DNA of 64,000 nucleotides from positions 32,001-96,000 of IMG/VR virus record IMGVR_UViG_3300029309_000001; one strand, given 5' to 3'. A program made the translations under genes and the position numbers. This DNA is from a virus. The notes under the pieces are model-generated. The model made no database searches. It saw nothing but the letters and a program-made list of their open reading frames with translations, and was not told where the DNA came from. Positions 50,101 to 58,461 of this stretch are shown one piece after another (position 1 is the first letter of the stretch; every line of letters starts with the position of its first letter).

Positions 50101-50848
50101 TTCCATGTAATTTTTTTGCACTACCCATAGATGCACCTTGATAACCTATTGATGCTGCTAAATCTGATTGTGGACCTGTACTAGATTGTAATCCACAAAA
50201 TGCTCTTTCTACTTCTGATAATGCTGTACTTAAATTTGTTAGTCTTCCTGGATTTCCTACACAAGTTGTTACTATTTGTTTTTCTGTAGGATTAATTTTT
50301 CTTTTCTTTTCAGCATTTTCTAGCTGAACAATTCTTCCTTCATGATTTCCTACTTGTCCTTGTAATGTTGTAACTTCAGAAACTGTTTCTGTTATTCTGT
50401 TTCCTACTAATTCTGCGTATTGTTGTAAAGGTAATGCTCTAACAACAGATGCTGTATTAGGATCTGTATATTGCATTGATGTTGGTAATGTAACAGGAGT
50501 TGTTAAAACATCTCCTGAACCAAAATCAGATTGATTAGCTTGACGTGCTTGTACAACATTTTCTATAATTAAATTTGTTAACTCTGTTTGATTTGTTGCA
50601 GGCTGTGCTTGTTGACCAGATCCATTTTCTAACCCTGATTGGTTTATTCTAGCCATTTCCATTGTTCCATGGTTGACTCCTGGAGCTTGTTTTAATTTTA
50701 CTAATTCTTCACAAAACTTAGCCATTACGTCACTAATAGTATCTCCGTGACAAAGATCAATACAAGGTAAATCTGGACCTTGCCAGACAACACAGTTGGA
50801 TGAAACGTTGTTACATCCTCCAGATTTATTAGAGTTATAAGGAATCAT
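47171..50848 (-). CDS. Putative tail fibre/spike protein with Cys-rich anchor, coiled coil and FN3-like domains
   Basis: 1225 aa. N-terminal CNNVSSNCVVWQGPDLPCIDLCHGDTISDV; coiled coil LQGQVGNHEGRIVQLE; SFTGLTQGQQYQVQV; Thr/Gly/Ala-rich distal part. Confidence 0.6.
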   Translation of the reverse strand: MIPYNSNKSGGCNNVSSNCVVWQGPDLPCIDLCHGDTISDVMAKFCEELVKLKQAPGVNHGTMEMARINQSGLENGSGQQAQPATNQTELTNLIIENVVQARQANQSDFGSGDVLTTPVTLPTSMQYTDPNTASVVRALPLQQYAELVGNRITETVSEVTTLQGQVGNHEGRIVQLENAEKKRKINPTEKQIVTTCVGNPGRLTNLSTALSEVERAFCGLQSSTGPQSDLAASIGYQGASMGSAKKLHGTGTLSTVTGFVNSPSTLAQSFTNAWIVINDMRQALETLQKDVIPSACSDITYGFFANATGDPGLSTSININFTQTTVPSSFYDCDKSNGSKITVTDTYGASAVFNRQIHQLQNTNEGTALSITNLDGSSATFDVTVEYCFTNGAGVQCANTTTKTITNVDICPTMSLTAGTTTISFTVDASKLPSKYSARITLMNSKGSTLASQVRDNPSNRGPWTGSFTGLTQGQQYQVQVSYGLTQGGNFEHSCNKELITTTGTTCADSTILAAVFKTTPTDLAYSTAGSFIAMACDDVRNPGTNMGDIYIAGFTTADGEVAGVLKNNTIWAETLTPCAAGKITSTGVSLDYNNPVKSLVTNGVTTARTDTTTNTLGDGWRYMDGITSTNGKNYYVYAEVNTDASAAPIIPQTYFSCLGDEVNISQAAWTNWVPYADLQYAFNTSYNYQIAHGNTVQASDLIYDIGAASFGTNSFTPNPIPSNTQQFAYAPIQAGSFKTTDSNTTKLTIGSKNSGDYTSSFSRGFWATHLTTDLVVFIDTDKYTSAEGAAIKTSMTAVHTEITNRYSGYTGKLYILPLKAGGFDGTKQKVGSEAAYLSHHRIIALRGDGVALNTTGDWNTIKQVYTSSTTPTGWWGNTANSLSTNFMLFSFVQQSYRSIVEGSEEAVSLYTTTNASAAPSAPTARFKDDYDDVMNILVDNNRNTTGDAGTFKGPSTWAASETVALNSEYPILTNAIYRCDGHYVIPKQTGLHAGADASDKALIRQMILACNATANGTTAALTANEYNAYRFGSDYFNVEGISNWKANLDTNANPYNATVTTSNSNALAPLVNLNITIVPYMDGYFEIPVTGANLNDPYTAELKKLLCLDSVVGASAIPTAGAYSQMGGAGAQYGTAPIGTNTVAGACGEAAKGGGSCINMYNKTGTQFDPTCKVYTTTAGATGKDYRVELIHNRYYARCDGSAGKAVAQYSRTYPHWKNETVCS

Positions 50849-50880
50849 AGTTTGTTTTTATTTTTTATCACTATACATTA

Positions 50881-50892
50881 TAATATACAAAA
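50881..50892 (-). promoter_or_regulatory. Phage promoter-like motif TTTTGTATATTA
   Basis: Intergenic exact copy. Minus strand TTTTGTATATTATAATGTATA. Confidence 0.6.
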
Positions 50893-50911
50893 GTTTTATT
50901 TATTAACCAAG

Positions 50912-53900
50912 TTAAGCAACAGTAAATGATTTTATTTCAGTTTGTATTAAAGTACATCCTGCCATATCAATAAATCCTCTCCAGTAATAAGTTGTTCCTG
51001 ATACTAAAGATCCTGTTGTAGTTTGAGTTATTATTGTATCTGCTACACCACCTCCTGGATAAGTATTTGCTGTTCCAGGAACCATTGTTGTTTCAATTAC
51101 ACCACCACCTGTTGGAGTTGCACCACTTACATATGATATAGAAGAGCTAGTACCCCATACAACACCCCATTTACCAGTTGAGCCACCAACAGCAGCTGTA
51201 CTTAAACTATTTGTTTCAGTTAATATCCATCCTAATACATATGTAGTAGCACTATTACATAAAGATAATAATGCTTTAACTTCTGGACATAAACCTGTTG
51301 TTGTAAATTGTTGTAGAGCATTCCAATCAGAAGTTTTTTTAATAATACCATCAGCATCTAAACATTCTGCTCTTACTTGGAATTCATATTTTATTTGTGT
51401 TCCTAATCCAGTTAATGCATAATATGTATTAGTTATATCATTTACTTCAATCCATGTATTTGGAGTAGTAGTATTAACAACCCTATATCTTACATCATAT
51501 CTAACTGATGTTTCAGTAGTAGTAGATGCAGACCAATTTAATGTAGCTGTTTCATGAGTTAAATTTGTAACCTGTAAATTACCAGGTGCATTACATGTGC
51601 ATTGTGGATCTGGATCTGTACATACTGCATCAGGACATAATTCAGTTGCAGTTATTTTAATTCTTTGTTGTGCACAATCTCCTGATGTTTTAAAACATTC
51701 ACATAATTGTACTGTATGATCAGTATTAACAGATGCTTGTGGAATTATATGGGTATATCTTCCAAACTCATTTGTTTTACCTACATCTTTACCATCTAAA
51801 TATATTTCAAAATCTTTTATTGCATCACCATTTTGATTTACAACATCAAATACTAAACATTCATTATCATCACATTGATAAAGATTTAAATCAAAAAAGT
51901 CATCTAAATCTGATGTAAAACGTTCTGCTGTAAAAGAAACTTGAGCAACATTAACACCCCATCCAAATCTATCAAGACCTCCATAACCAGAAACTAAATT
52001 ATTTGGATTAGGATATGACCAATATGGATTTGAAAGTTCTATTGCAGTCATTGGATTAGTACCACCAACTAATCCATTTACTGGTGCTGTTCCTGTAATA
52101 AATGTCCCATCTGGTGTAGGTTTATTACCACTTGATATTGCTCCTAATGCATGTAGTGGAAACGGTCTATGAGTTGAATTTTCATTATCTGGTTTGGCTG
52201 GATATAAAAAACAATTTAATTTATGATTACATGATCTTGATGTAAAATCATTATATATTTCTAAATATTTATCATAATCATTTCTAAAATTAAGAGAAGG
52301 ATCTCCTTGTACTGTAGCAAGATTCCAATCTGTAGCAGTGCCATTTAAAGATCCTCTTACATGATAACACATAAAATCAGGATCATTGTTAACAGCACTT
52401 AATCTATTATCTGATTCATCTGCAAATACTACTACTAATACTTGTTCTGTTGATGCTGCTGGAGGAGGTCCTGACCATGATACTGAAGTTCCTATAGGTG
52501 TATAAGCACCTGGTATTCCAGGATTTGTAGCCCATAAATTACAAGTTGTTCCTGGAACTGCTCCATCATACCATTTAGTAGCACAATCTCCGTTTTGTGC
52601 CCAATCTGCAACTTGTACTGCTAAACCTACACCAAAATTAGTTTGTTGGTGACAACCACAACCACCTGTATGAAATTCTGAAAATGCGTAACATCCTCCT
52701 GCACATGCTCTTTCACTAGGAGCTTGACATGCTGGATTATTAGATTGTTGAGCTAAAGGTGTACAACCTTTACCTGCATTATTAAGTTGACCTGTAACTG
52801 AAGATGTAGCCCAGTCTAGCCATCTTTCACCTTGTATGACAGTATGATAATGTTTACCATTAAAGCCTTTACCTTTTAATGTTTGTATCCATAATTCTGA
52901 AGCAGCATGAATATTTTTTACAGAATTAATTCCTAAAGAAGTTCCATCATAATAAAAATAAACTGTTAATTCTCCTTTTTCTGTTAGGCCACATAAAGGA
53001 TCTACCCAATTAGGATGTGTTCCTGCTTCTGGTGGAACACCAGGTTCTAATGGTTTAAATACTTCTCTTTCATATGCAAACCCTGTATATTCTTTTTCTT
53101 TTTTATCTTCCCAAAAACATAAATATTTTTCTGCAGCTCTTCTATCTATACTATTTGCACAAGGACTTGTCATACCAAATCTCATTGCTTGAAAATGTTT
53201 ATATACATCATCTGCAAATAAAGCTTCTGTTTCTATTCTTTTAACATCAACATCTGTTAAATGTTCTCCTGGATCATTTTGTCCATAAGCTATATCACAA
53301 TCTGGTAAAGCTTCTTCACAACTTCCATCATCACATCCTGCAGTTGCATTATAATTAGGAGCAGCTGGATCTGTACAACCTGGAAAAGTACAACTCCCAT
53401 CATCAATTGTAGCTAATGGATTATAATTACAAGCCGTTGGATCTGTACATCCTAATACATCATATCTACATGAACCATCATCACAAGCTGCATTTGGATC
53501 ATAATTGATTGCTGTTGGATCTGTACATCCACATGCACATTGTTCACTTGGATTAATTATACATGTACCAACTTGTACTTGATATAAAAATTCAAGACAT
53601 TGACCTTGAGTTGTAATTTGTTCTCCAAATAAATCATATGTTCCTGGTGCTATATTATTAAAAAATGCATATCCATTAGCATCTGTTATTTGTGAACCTA
53701 AAGTACCAAAATCAATTAAATATCCTGCAATTGGAACACAAGTATTAGCATTTGATACATCACATGCTTGTACTGTTATACAATCTATAGGTGGATTACA
53801 TGTTGTAGTACTTACTCCAAAACCTAAATTTATTGTTTCTTGAAGTTGTATAGGAAATGTAGGTATAATATAACTATTATTAGGAGGATTAATTCCAGGT

Positions 53901-55333
53901 TGTGTTATAGTATCAGGACTAGTTGTATTATTCCATTCAGTTCCTCCATAAAATTTAGGGAAGGTCCAACCATCTAATTCTAAATTACCTGCACCTGATG
54001 ATGCATAAGGATTAACTGTTTCTAAATATCTCATAGAAGGATTACCATCTGAAGATAAATTACCACCTGGTGGCAGGTTCCATTGTGGTATACCATCTAA
54101 TCCCCATAAAGCAGTATTTTCAGTAGGATGGTATTTTCTAGAATTAGAATTAAATACACCTTGATTATTTCCTTGATTACCATTAGTTATACAACCTGTT
54201 ACATGTAAAGCATATGAATAGTTTTTAGGTTGAGTCATATCACCAGATGGCATTGTTGGCCAGTTTACTCCATTATGAGTTCCTCCATTTCCTGTATGTT
54301 GACTAAGTGTTGCAATATGTGCTGCATAATCATTTTTCCATACAAATACATTACCTTCATTTACTATATCTCCTCCAACTTGACATCCTGAATCAAAAGT
54401 TATTACGTTTTGATAAGTTGTAGCATTCACTGTTGCAGTTTGTGGTGATTGTGAACCATGATAAGTACATGTTGATTCATCATTTAAAATGATAACTAAA
54501 ACTTTATCACCATTATCTGCTACTGGAGGTAAACCAAGTGAAGTAATTTGTTGTCCTGTTGATGTTGCAGAAGTTGTTAAATTTTGTGCAGTACTAGAAT
54601 AAAAATCATATATACCTGCTGTATTGTGTGACCATAAAAGAGTATCACCTAATGCACCTGCAGCAAATGGACCATTGTATTCATCCCATGAATTTGTATC
54701 ACAATCTCCATTATATATATTTGCAACGCCCATACCTAAACCTGTACCAGAATTATTTAATGCACCTGTATATGCTGAGGTTGCCCAATCTAACCAACGG
54801 TTACCACCACCACCAATTATTGTATGATAAACTTCTCCTGCTAATGATGTATATTGATATGCAGGATCTACCCATCCATTATTTTGAAGCCACATCATTA
54901 TTCCAAAATATTGATCTTGAATATCTGTTCCTTGATATTCTCTACCTCCTCTATAGTAAATATATACTTTATCATATGGTAATCCAGATGATCCTGAATT
55001 AGAACATCCTTGATGCCATGGTAATAAATCACCATCTCCATTAAATACTTCTTTTAATTGTGGTTGACCACAAACCCATTGAACTGTAACAGTTCCCCAT
55101 ACTATTGGATTTGATGATGTTTGTATAGCTTGAAATAAATAATTAGCTTGCATTTGTGTTTGATCCACAAATTGAGAAGTATCCATAGTACCATTATTAT
55201 CTATCAATACATGGTGCACAGAATTATCATATTTTAAAGTAAGTTGATTACCTTGTGTAGTACAATTTTCTTTCCATTCAATATTGCATTTACCTGAAAT
55301 GGTTGGATAACATGATGTAAAAATTGTTGGCAT
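50912..55333 (-). CDS. Large Cys-rich adhesin/fibre-like protein with a duplicated vWA-like domain, GCTDP repeats and FN3
   Basis: 1473 aa. RWLDWATS occurs twice in homologous contexts. Three GCTDPxAxNYxxxAxxDDGSC repeats. FN3 APGNLQV...LNW...YALTGL...YEFQVRA. Confidence 0.65.
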   Translation of the reverse strand: MPTIFTSCYPTISGKCNIEWKENCTTQGNQLTLKYDNSVHHVLIDNNGTMDTSQFVDQTQMQANYLFQAIQTSSNPIVWGTVTVQWVCGQPQLKEVFNGDGDLLPWHQGCSNSGSSGLPYDKVYIYYRGGREYQGTDIQDQYFGIMMWLQNNGWVDPAYQYTSLAGEVYHTIIGGGGNRWLDWATSAYTGALNNSGTGLGMGVANIYNGDCDTNSWDEYNGPFAAGALGDTLLWSHNTAGIYDFYSSTAQNLTTSATSTGQQITSLGLPPVADNGDKVLVIILNDESTCTYHGSQSPQTATVNATTYQNVITFDSGCQVGGDIVNEGNVFVWKNDYAAHIATLSQHTGNGGTHNGVNWPTMPSGDMTQPKNYSYALHVTGCITNGNQGNNQGVFNSNSRKYHPTENTALWGLDGIPQWNLPPGGNLSSDGNPSMRYLETVNPYASSGAGNLELDGWTFPKFYGGTEWNNTTSPDTITQPGINPPNNSYIIPTFPIQLQETINLGFGVSTTTCNPPIDCITVQACDVSNANTCVPIAGYLIDFGTLGSQITDANGYAFFNNIAPGTYDLFGEQITTQGQCLEFLYQVQVGTCIINPSEQCACGCTDPTAINYDPNAACDDGSCRYDVLGCTDPTACNYNPLATIDDGSCTFPGCTDPAAPNYNATAGCDDGSCEEALPDCDIAYGQNDPGEHLTDVDVKRIETEALFADDVYKHFQAMRFGMTSPCANSIDRRAAEKYLCFWEDKKEKEYTGFAYEREVFKPLEPGVPPEAGTHPNWVDPLCGLTEKGELTVYFYYDGTSLGINSVKNIHAASELWIQTLKGKGFNGKHYHTVIQGERWLDWATSSVTGQLNNAGKGCTPLAQQSNNPACQAPSERACAGGCYAFSEFHTGGCGCHQQTNFGVGLAVQVADWAQNGDCATKWYDGAVPGTTCNLWATNPGIPGAYTPIGTSVSWSGPPPAASTEQVLVVVFADESDNRLSAVNNDPDFMCYHVRGSLNGTATDWNLATVQGDPSLNFRNDYDKYLEIYNDFTSRSCNHKLNCFLYPAKPDNENSTHRPFPLHALGAISSGNKPTPDGTFITGTAPVNGLVGGTNPMTAIELSNPYWSYPNPNNLVSGYGGLDRFGWGVNVAQVSFTAERFTSDLDDFFDLNLYQCDDNECLVFDVVNQNGDAIKDFEIYLDGKDVGKTNEFGRYTHIIPQASVNTDHTVQLCECFKTSGDCAQQRIKITATELCPDAVCTDPDPQCTCNAPGNLQVTNLTHETATLNWSASTTTETSVRYDVRYRVVNTTTPNTWIEVNDITNTYYALTGLGTQIKYEFQVRAECLDADGIIKKTSDWNALQQFTTTGLCPEVKALLSLCNSATTYVLGWILTETNSLSTAAVGGSTGKWGVVWGTSSSISYVSGATPTGGGVIETTMVPGTANTYPGGGVADTIITQTTTGSLVSGTTYYWRGFIDMAGCTLIQTEIKSFTVA
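53318..53532 (-). repeat. Three tandem GCTDP-x-A-x-NY-x3-A-x2-DDGSC coding repeats
   Basis: GCTDPTAINYDPNAACDDGSC / GCTDPTACNYNPLATIDDGSC / GCTDPAAPNYNATAGCDDGSC, with ggatctgtaca repeated three times in the DNA. Confidence 0.9.
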
Positions 55334-55344
55334 AAGTCCTAATT

Positions 55345-55533
55345 TTATCTTGCTGTTGTTGGTGGAATTACTACTTGTCCTGGATTAAATGGTGTTGCTA
55401 CAGTACTTTTAGGTTTTGTTAATGATTCATTATAAATATTTAAACATCCTTTATGTACATATTTACCATCTCCTGCAGTTGCTTGTTGACATCCACATCC
55501 TATTGCTTTATTACAGTGTGCACAATTTGCCAT
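55345..55533 (-). CDS. Small Cys/His-rich putative Zn-binding protein
   Basis: 62 aa: CAHC...CGC...HKGC. A-rich leader and tight packing with its neighbours. Confidence 0.65.
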   Translation of the reverse strand: MANCAHCNKAIGCGCQQATAGDGKYVHKGCLNIYNESLTKPKSTVATPFNPGQVVIPPTTAR

Positions 55534-55549
55534 TATTTTTTTGGTTTAA

Positions 55550-56191
55550 TTAACAACATTCACTACTACAAGTGATTTTTTCTAATTTCTTTTTTGCATA
55601 ATTATATAATTGCATTCCTTCATTAGGACTTTGACAATATTCTACTTTTGCTTTTGCAGCATCTATCATTAGTCTAATAAAATTTAATTCTCTATATAAA
55701 TCTTTTTGTTTGCTTTTTGGTTCACAAGGTGTTATATCCATATCACAAAGTTTCTTATAATAAGATTTCATAATAGCTGTAATTCTCAAATGATTATATT
55801 CAACATATGTTCTATCATTAGGAGCTACACTATAACGTATAACATATATTCCATCTGGAATAGCTGCTCTACTACTTGACCCTGTTAATGCATTTGCTGC
55901 TACAGTAGTTACTGTATTACCACACGCATCTGTAGTTGATGTTAACTGACCTGATTGTGATGTCCCTGTACAACCTGATGTTTGAATTCCCAATGAACAT
56001 GAGTTTATTGCAAGATCAAAACCTGGTTGAACTTTTATTAAATTACCTTGATTAAATCCAGGAGGAGTTATAAGTAACTCTCCGCAATCTACATACAAAC
56101 TATCTGTATATTGACTAGTATCTTTTACCCTAAAAATTTCACAATTTGCTACTGTAGGAACTTCTAGACTAAGTATATGTTTATTTGCCAT
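55550..56191 (-). CDS. Conserved virion protein, putative tail hub/fibre-docking protein
   Basis: Start reassigned to ATG 56191 (MANKHILSLE), because the track's TTG start lies inside the promoter-like motif. IPDGIYVIRYSV motif and a helical C-terminus with Cys. Function by synteny. Confidence 0.55.
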   Translation of the reverse strand: MANKHILSLEVPTVANCEIFRVKDTSQYTDSLYVDCGELLITPPGFNQGNLIKVQPGFDLAINSCSLGIQTSGCTGTSQSGQLTSTTDACGNTVTTVAANALTGSSSRAAIPDGIYVIRYSVAPNDRTYVEYNHLRITAIMKSYYKKLCDMDITPCEPKSKQKDLYRELNFIRLMIDAAKAKVEYCQSPNEGMQLYNYAKKKLEKITCSSECC

Positions 56192-56229
56192 ATTAATATA
56201 ATGTTTAAAATAGGACCACTCTTCAATAA

Positions 56230-56241
56230 TAATATACAAAA
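56230..56241 (-). promoter_or_regulatory. Phage promoter-like motif TTTTGTATATTA
   Basis: Exact copy directly downstream of the terminator at 56254-56286. Confidence 0.6.
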
Positions 56242-56253
56242 AATATATAAAAT

Positions 56254-56286
56254 AAAAAAAGAGTGAGACGTTTAAATCTCACTCTC
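56254..56286 (-). terminator. Intrinsic terminator after the 431 aa gene
   Basis: Minus strand AGAGTGAGA-TTTAAACG-TCTCACTCT followed by TTTTTTATTTT. Confidence 0.85.
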
Positions 56287-56312
56287 TTTAAATAATATGA
56301 TTTAACTAACTG

Positions 56313-57608
56313 TTAAACTGGAGGATTTACACCAAATCCTTCACCTGGTAAGAATGTACCACCCATATCAGTCATTGCAGAACCTGCTCCAAATACTCCT
56401 TCAGCAAACTTGTTTAAAGTTGTTTCCCAAGCAGCAACTACACCATTTGTACAAATTTTGATTAAATATTGATCATTATCAAAAACGCCAGTAGGGTTGT
56501 TAAAACGTGGAACTGAATGTAAAATATAGTAACAAGTATAATTAGCTGAACGTGTTATACCATAACCAGCATCATTTGGTCCAACTTTTTCTACTTCTCT
56601 GATTCTAGCTGAATCTAAGTTTCCTTGATTAGTAGGATGTTGTCTATATCTATCCATCATCATAACATCTCTAAGAACTAATTCACCTTTAGTTTCAGAT
56701 GATTTACCTACAGTTCTTGTAGTAGTCATACAAGATGAAGTACATGGATCACCACTTTCATCTAATTGAGAACCAAAAATTTGCATTGGTTCAGTTGGAT
56801 AAAAGTCTCTAGTATCAAAAGAACAGTCACCAAATACAGTCATAGAGCTAGTATCAGTAATAGTAAGTTCACCTTTATTACCAGCAACAACAGTTGTATC
56901 TGCAGTATAAGCTTGTAAAGCAGCTATTGCAGTTTGTTGTTTTTCATATCTAGTATTACCAGCAGCAGTTGCTGAATCAGTAATAGGAGTATATGAACCA
57001 GCATTTTGATCTTCCTGAACTTTTACATCTATTAATTGACTAAGAATTGGATCCTTAAGTAATTGAATAGCCATGTCAGCTAAAACTTTAGCAGGATCTT
57101 TGTGTGTTTGTCCTGTTGGACAACAGTATCCATCTCCTCCTAAAATTTTGTAAGCATTTCTATTCATTGCTCTAAGCACTGGAGATCCTTTTAGATCTAT
57201 TCTATACAATGCTTCATCAGAACATGGGAAACATGTACCAGTAGCTTCTACTACAATTTTAGCAGGTACAGCAGTAACAGCTGCTTGTTTTCCAATAAAT
57301 CTTACATATCTTGGATTAATAATTTTTGATTTCCAAGACTCTGCATATCCTCCGTGGAATCTATTTCCACCTAGAATATCATTTGCCGCACCAGCAACAC
57401 CTGTAGCACTTCCTAACGGTGAACCCATTGCAAAAATCAGATTCGTTTTACCAGCAGCAAGAACAGTGTGGTTAGCAGTATTATAAGTATCTGCATGTAT
57501 AAAAGCACCTTCATTTGCTACTAAAACACTTGAATCTTCATCACCACTGTGAGCTGCAAATGAGCCTGGAGCAAATGTTTGCTGGAACGCGTGATTAAAA
57601 TAAGCCAT
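56313..57608 (-). CDS. Putative auxiliary capsid / conserved capsid-module protein
   Basis: 431 aa Ala/Gly/Thr-rich protein, third gene after the MCP, with its own leader and terminator (consistent with high copy number). Function by synteny with the crAss capsid module. Confidence 0.55.
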   Translation of the reverse strand: MAYFNHAFQQTFAPGSFAAHSGDEDSSVLVANEGAFIHADTYNTANHTVLAAGKTNLIFAMGSPLGSATGVAGAANDILGGNRFHGGYAESWKSKIINPRYVRFIGKQAAVTAVPAKIVVEATGTCFPCSDEALYRIDLKGSPVLRAMNRNAYKILGGDGYCCPTGQTHKDPAKVLADMAIQLLKDPILSQLIDVKVQEDQNAGSYTPITDSATAAGNTRYEKQQTAIAALQAYTADTTVVAGNKGELTITDTSSMTVFGDCSFDTRDFYPTEPMQIFGSQLDESGDPCTSSCMTTTRTVGKSSETKGELVLRDVMMMDRYRQHPTNQGNLDSARIREVEKVGPNDAGYGITRSANYTCYYILHSVPRFNNPTGVFDNDQYLIKICTNGVVAAWETTLNKFAEGVFGAGSAMTDMGGTFLPGEGFGVNPPV

Positions 57609-57712
57609 TTTCTTTATGCCTCCTTATGTATTCAGAGGACTTTTTTTAATTAATAATAATGTCCATTTTTTTAATGTGTTATCTGGACTTAGTATTTAAT
57701 GATAACACATAT
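57609..57712 (-). ncRNA. Candidate structured 5' leader (H-type pseudoknot with alternative anti-SD pairing)
   Basis: Perfect 10 bp stem ATGTGTTATC/GATAACACAT (57674-57710). Loop GTCCA is complementary to TGGAC located after an A7 linker. Downstream are GTCCTC and TAAGGAGG (57619-57626), the latter 10 nt before the ATG. Confidence 0.4.
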
Positions 57713-57750
57713 ATAATAATATAACATTTTTATTTGTTATATCATAATTT

Positions 57751-58458
57751 TTAATTGTTTCTTTCTGCTGCTTGCATTTCTCGTCCATAGTTGTTTACAT
57801 CAGCTATGTCACCTGCTATTATTGCAACAGCTTCATCAATAAATAATTCTACTAGATCATCTTTAAATTCACATTCAATATCTGCAGCAGAAGCTTGTCC
57901 TGTATAAGGATCTACACAACCTTGAATTTCAATTAATCTTGGTTGTCTATAATATGTAAGTGTTGGATTAACAATATTAAATTCATCTTGATAAATGTTT
58001 ATAACATTGTTAGCAATAGTACATACTGTTTCACCCCAATCAAAATCAGGTTTTTTTAGTTGATCTCTTAATATTAAATCTATGTTTGCTTCTTCTACTA
58101 AATAACAAGTCATAGATCTTGGTTCTGGACAACATTCTGATGTAGCATCTAAACTAATTCTTTTAAACTCTAAAAATGTTTCATTGTCAGGAAAGTTAGT
58201 TGATACTACACGGTCTCCCATATCTACAATATTTAAAGGTAAATCAGTTAATAATATTTGTAAATCATCAATACGTCTCTTTGACATTTCATCTCCTTCT
58301 TGAAACATATTGTTACCATGTAAATTTCTTCTGCACCATTCAACTTGTGCTTTATTAAAAGCTTCAACAATTTGCCAGCACTCTATATTATCATAGTCAT
58401 TGCTTGCTATTTTATTAAGCCTTTGTCTAAATTTTATTTGAATAGTTTGATTTAACAT
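57751..58458 (-). CDS. Putative tail ring / head-tail connector protein (capsid-module conserved gene)
   Basis: 235 aa. IVEAFNKAQ...KRRIDDLQILL and LTYYRQP...CEF..DL..LFIDEAVAII resemble crAss ring proteins. Synteny. Confidence 0.6.
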   Translation of the reverse strand: MLNQTIQIKFRQRLNKIASNDYDNIECWQIVEAFNKAQVEWCRRNLHGNNMFQEGDEMSKRRIDDLQILLTDLPLNIVDMGDRVVSTNFPDNETFLEFKRISLDATSECCPEPRSMTCYLVEEANIDLILRDQLKKPDFDWGETVCTIANNVINIYQDEFNIVNPTLTYYRQPRLIEIQGCVDPYTGQASAADIECEFKDDLVELFIDEAVAIIAGDIADVNNYGREMQAAERNN

Positions 58459-58461
58459 AAT

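Noticed and set aside
53318-53532. Repeated DNA units as a CRISPR array or DGR template/variable repeat
   Set aside because: They are in-frame protein repeats with synonymous variation, no spacer structure, no adenine-specific divergence and no RT or cas gene in the window.
56192-56239. Track start of the 229 aa ORF at 56239 (TTG)
   Set aside because: It falls within the repeated promoter-like motif. ATG 56191 with an A/T-rich leader is more plausible.
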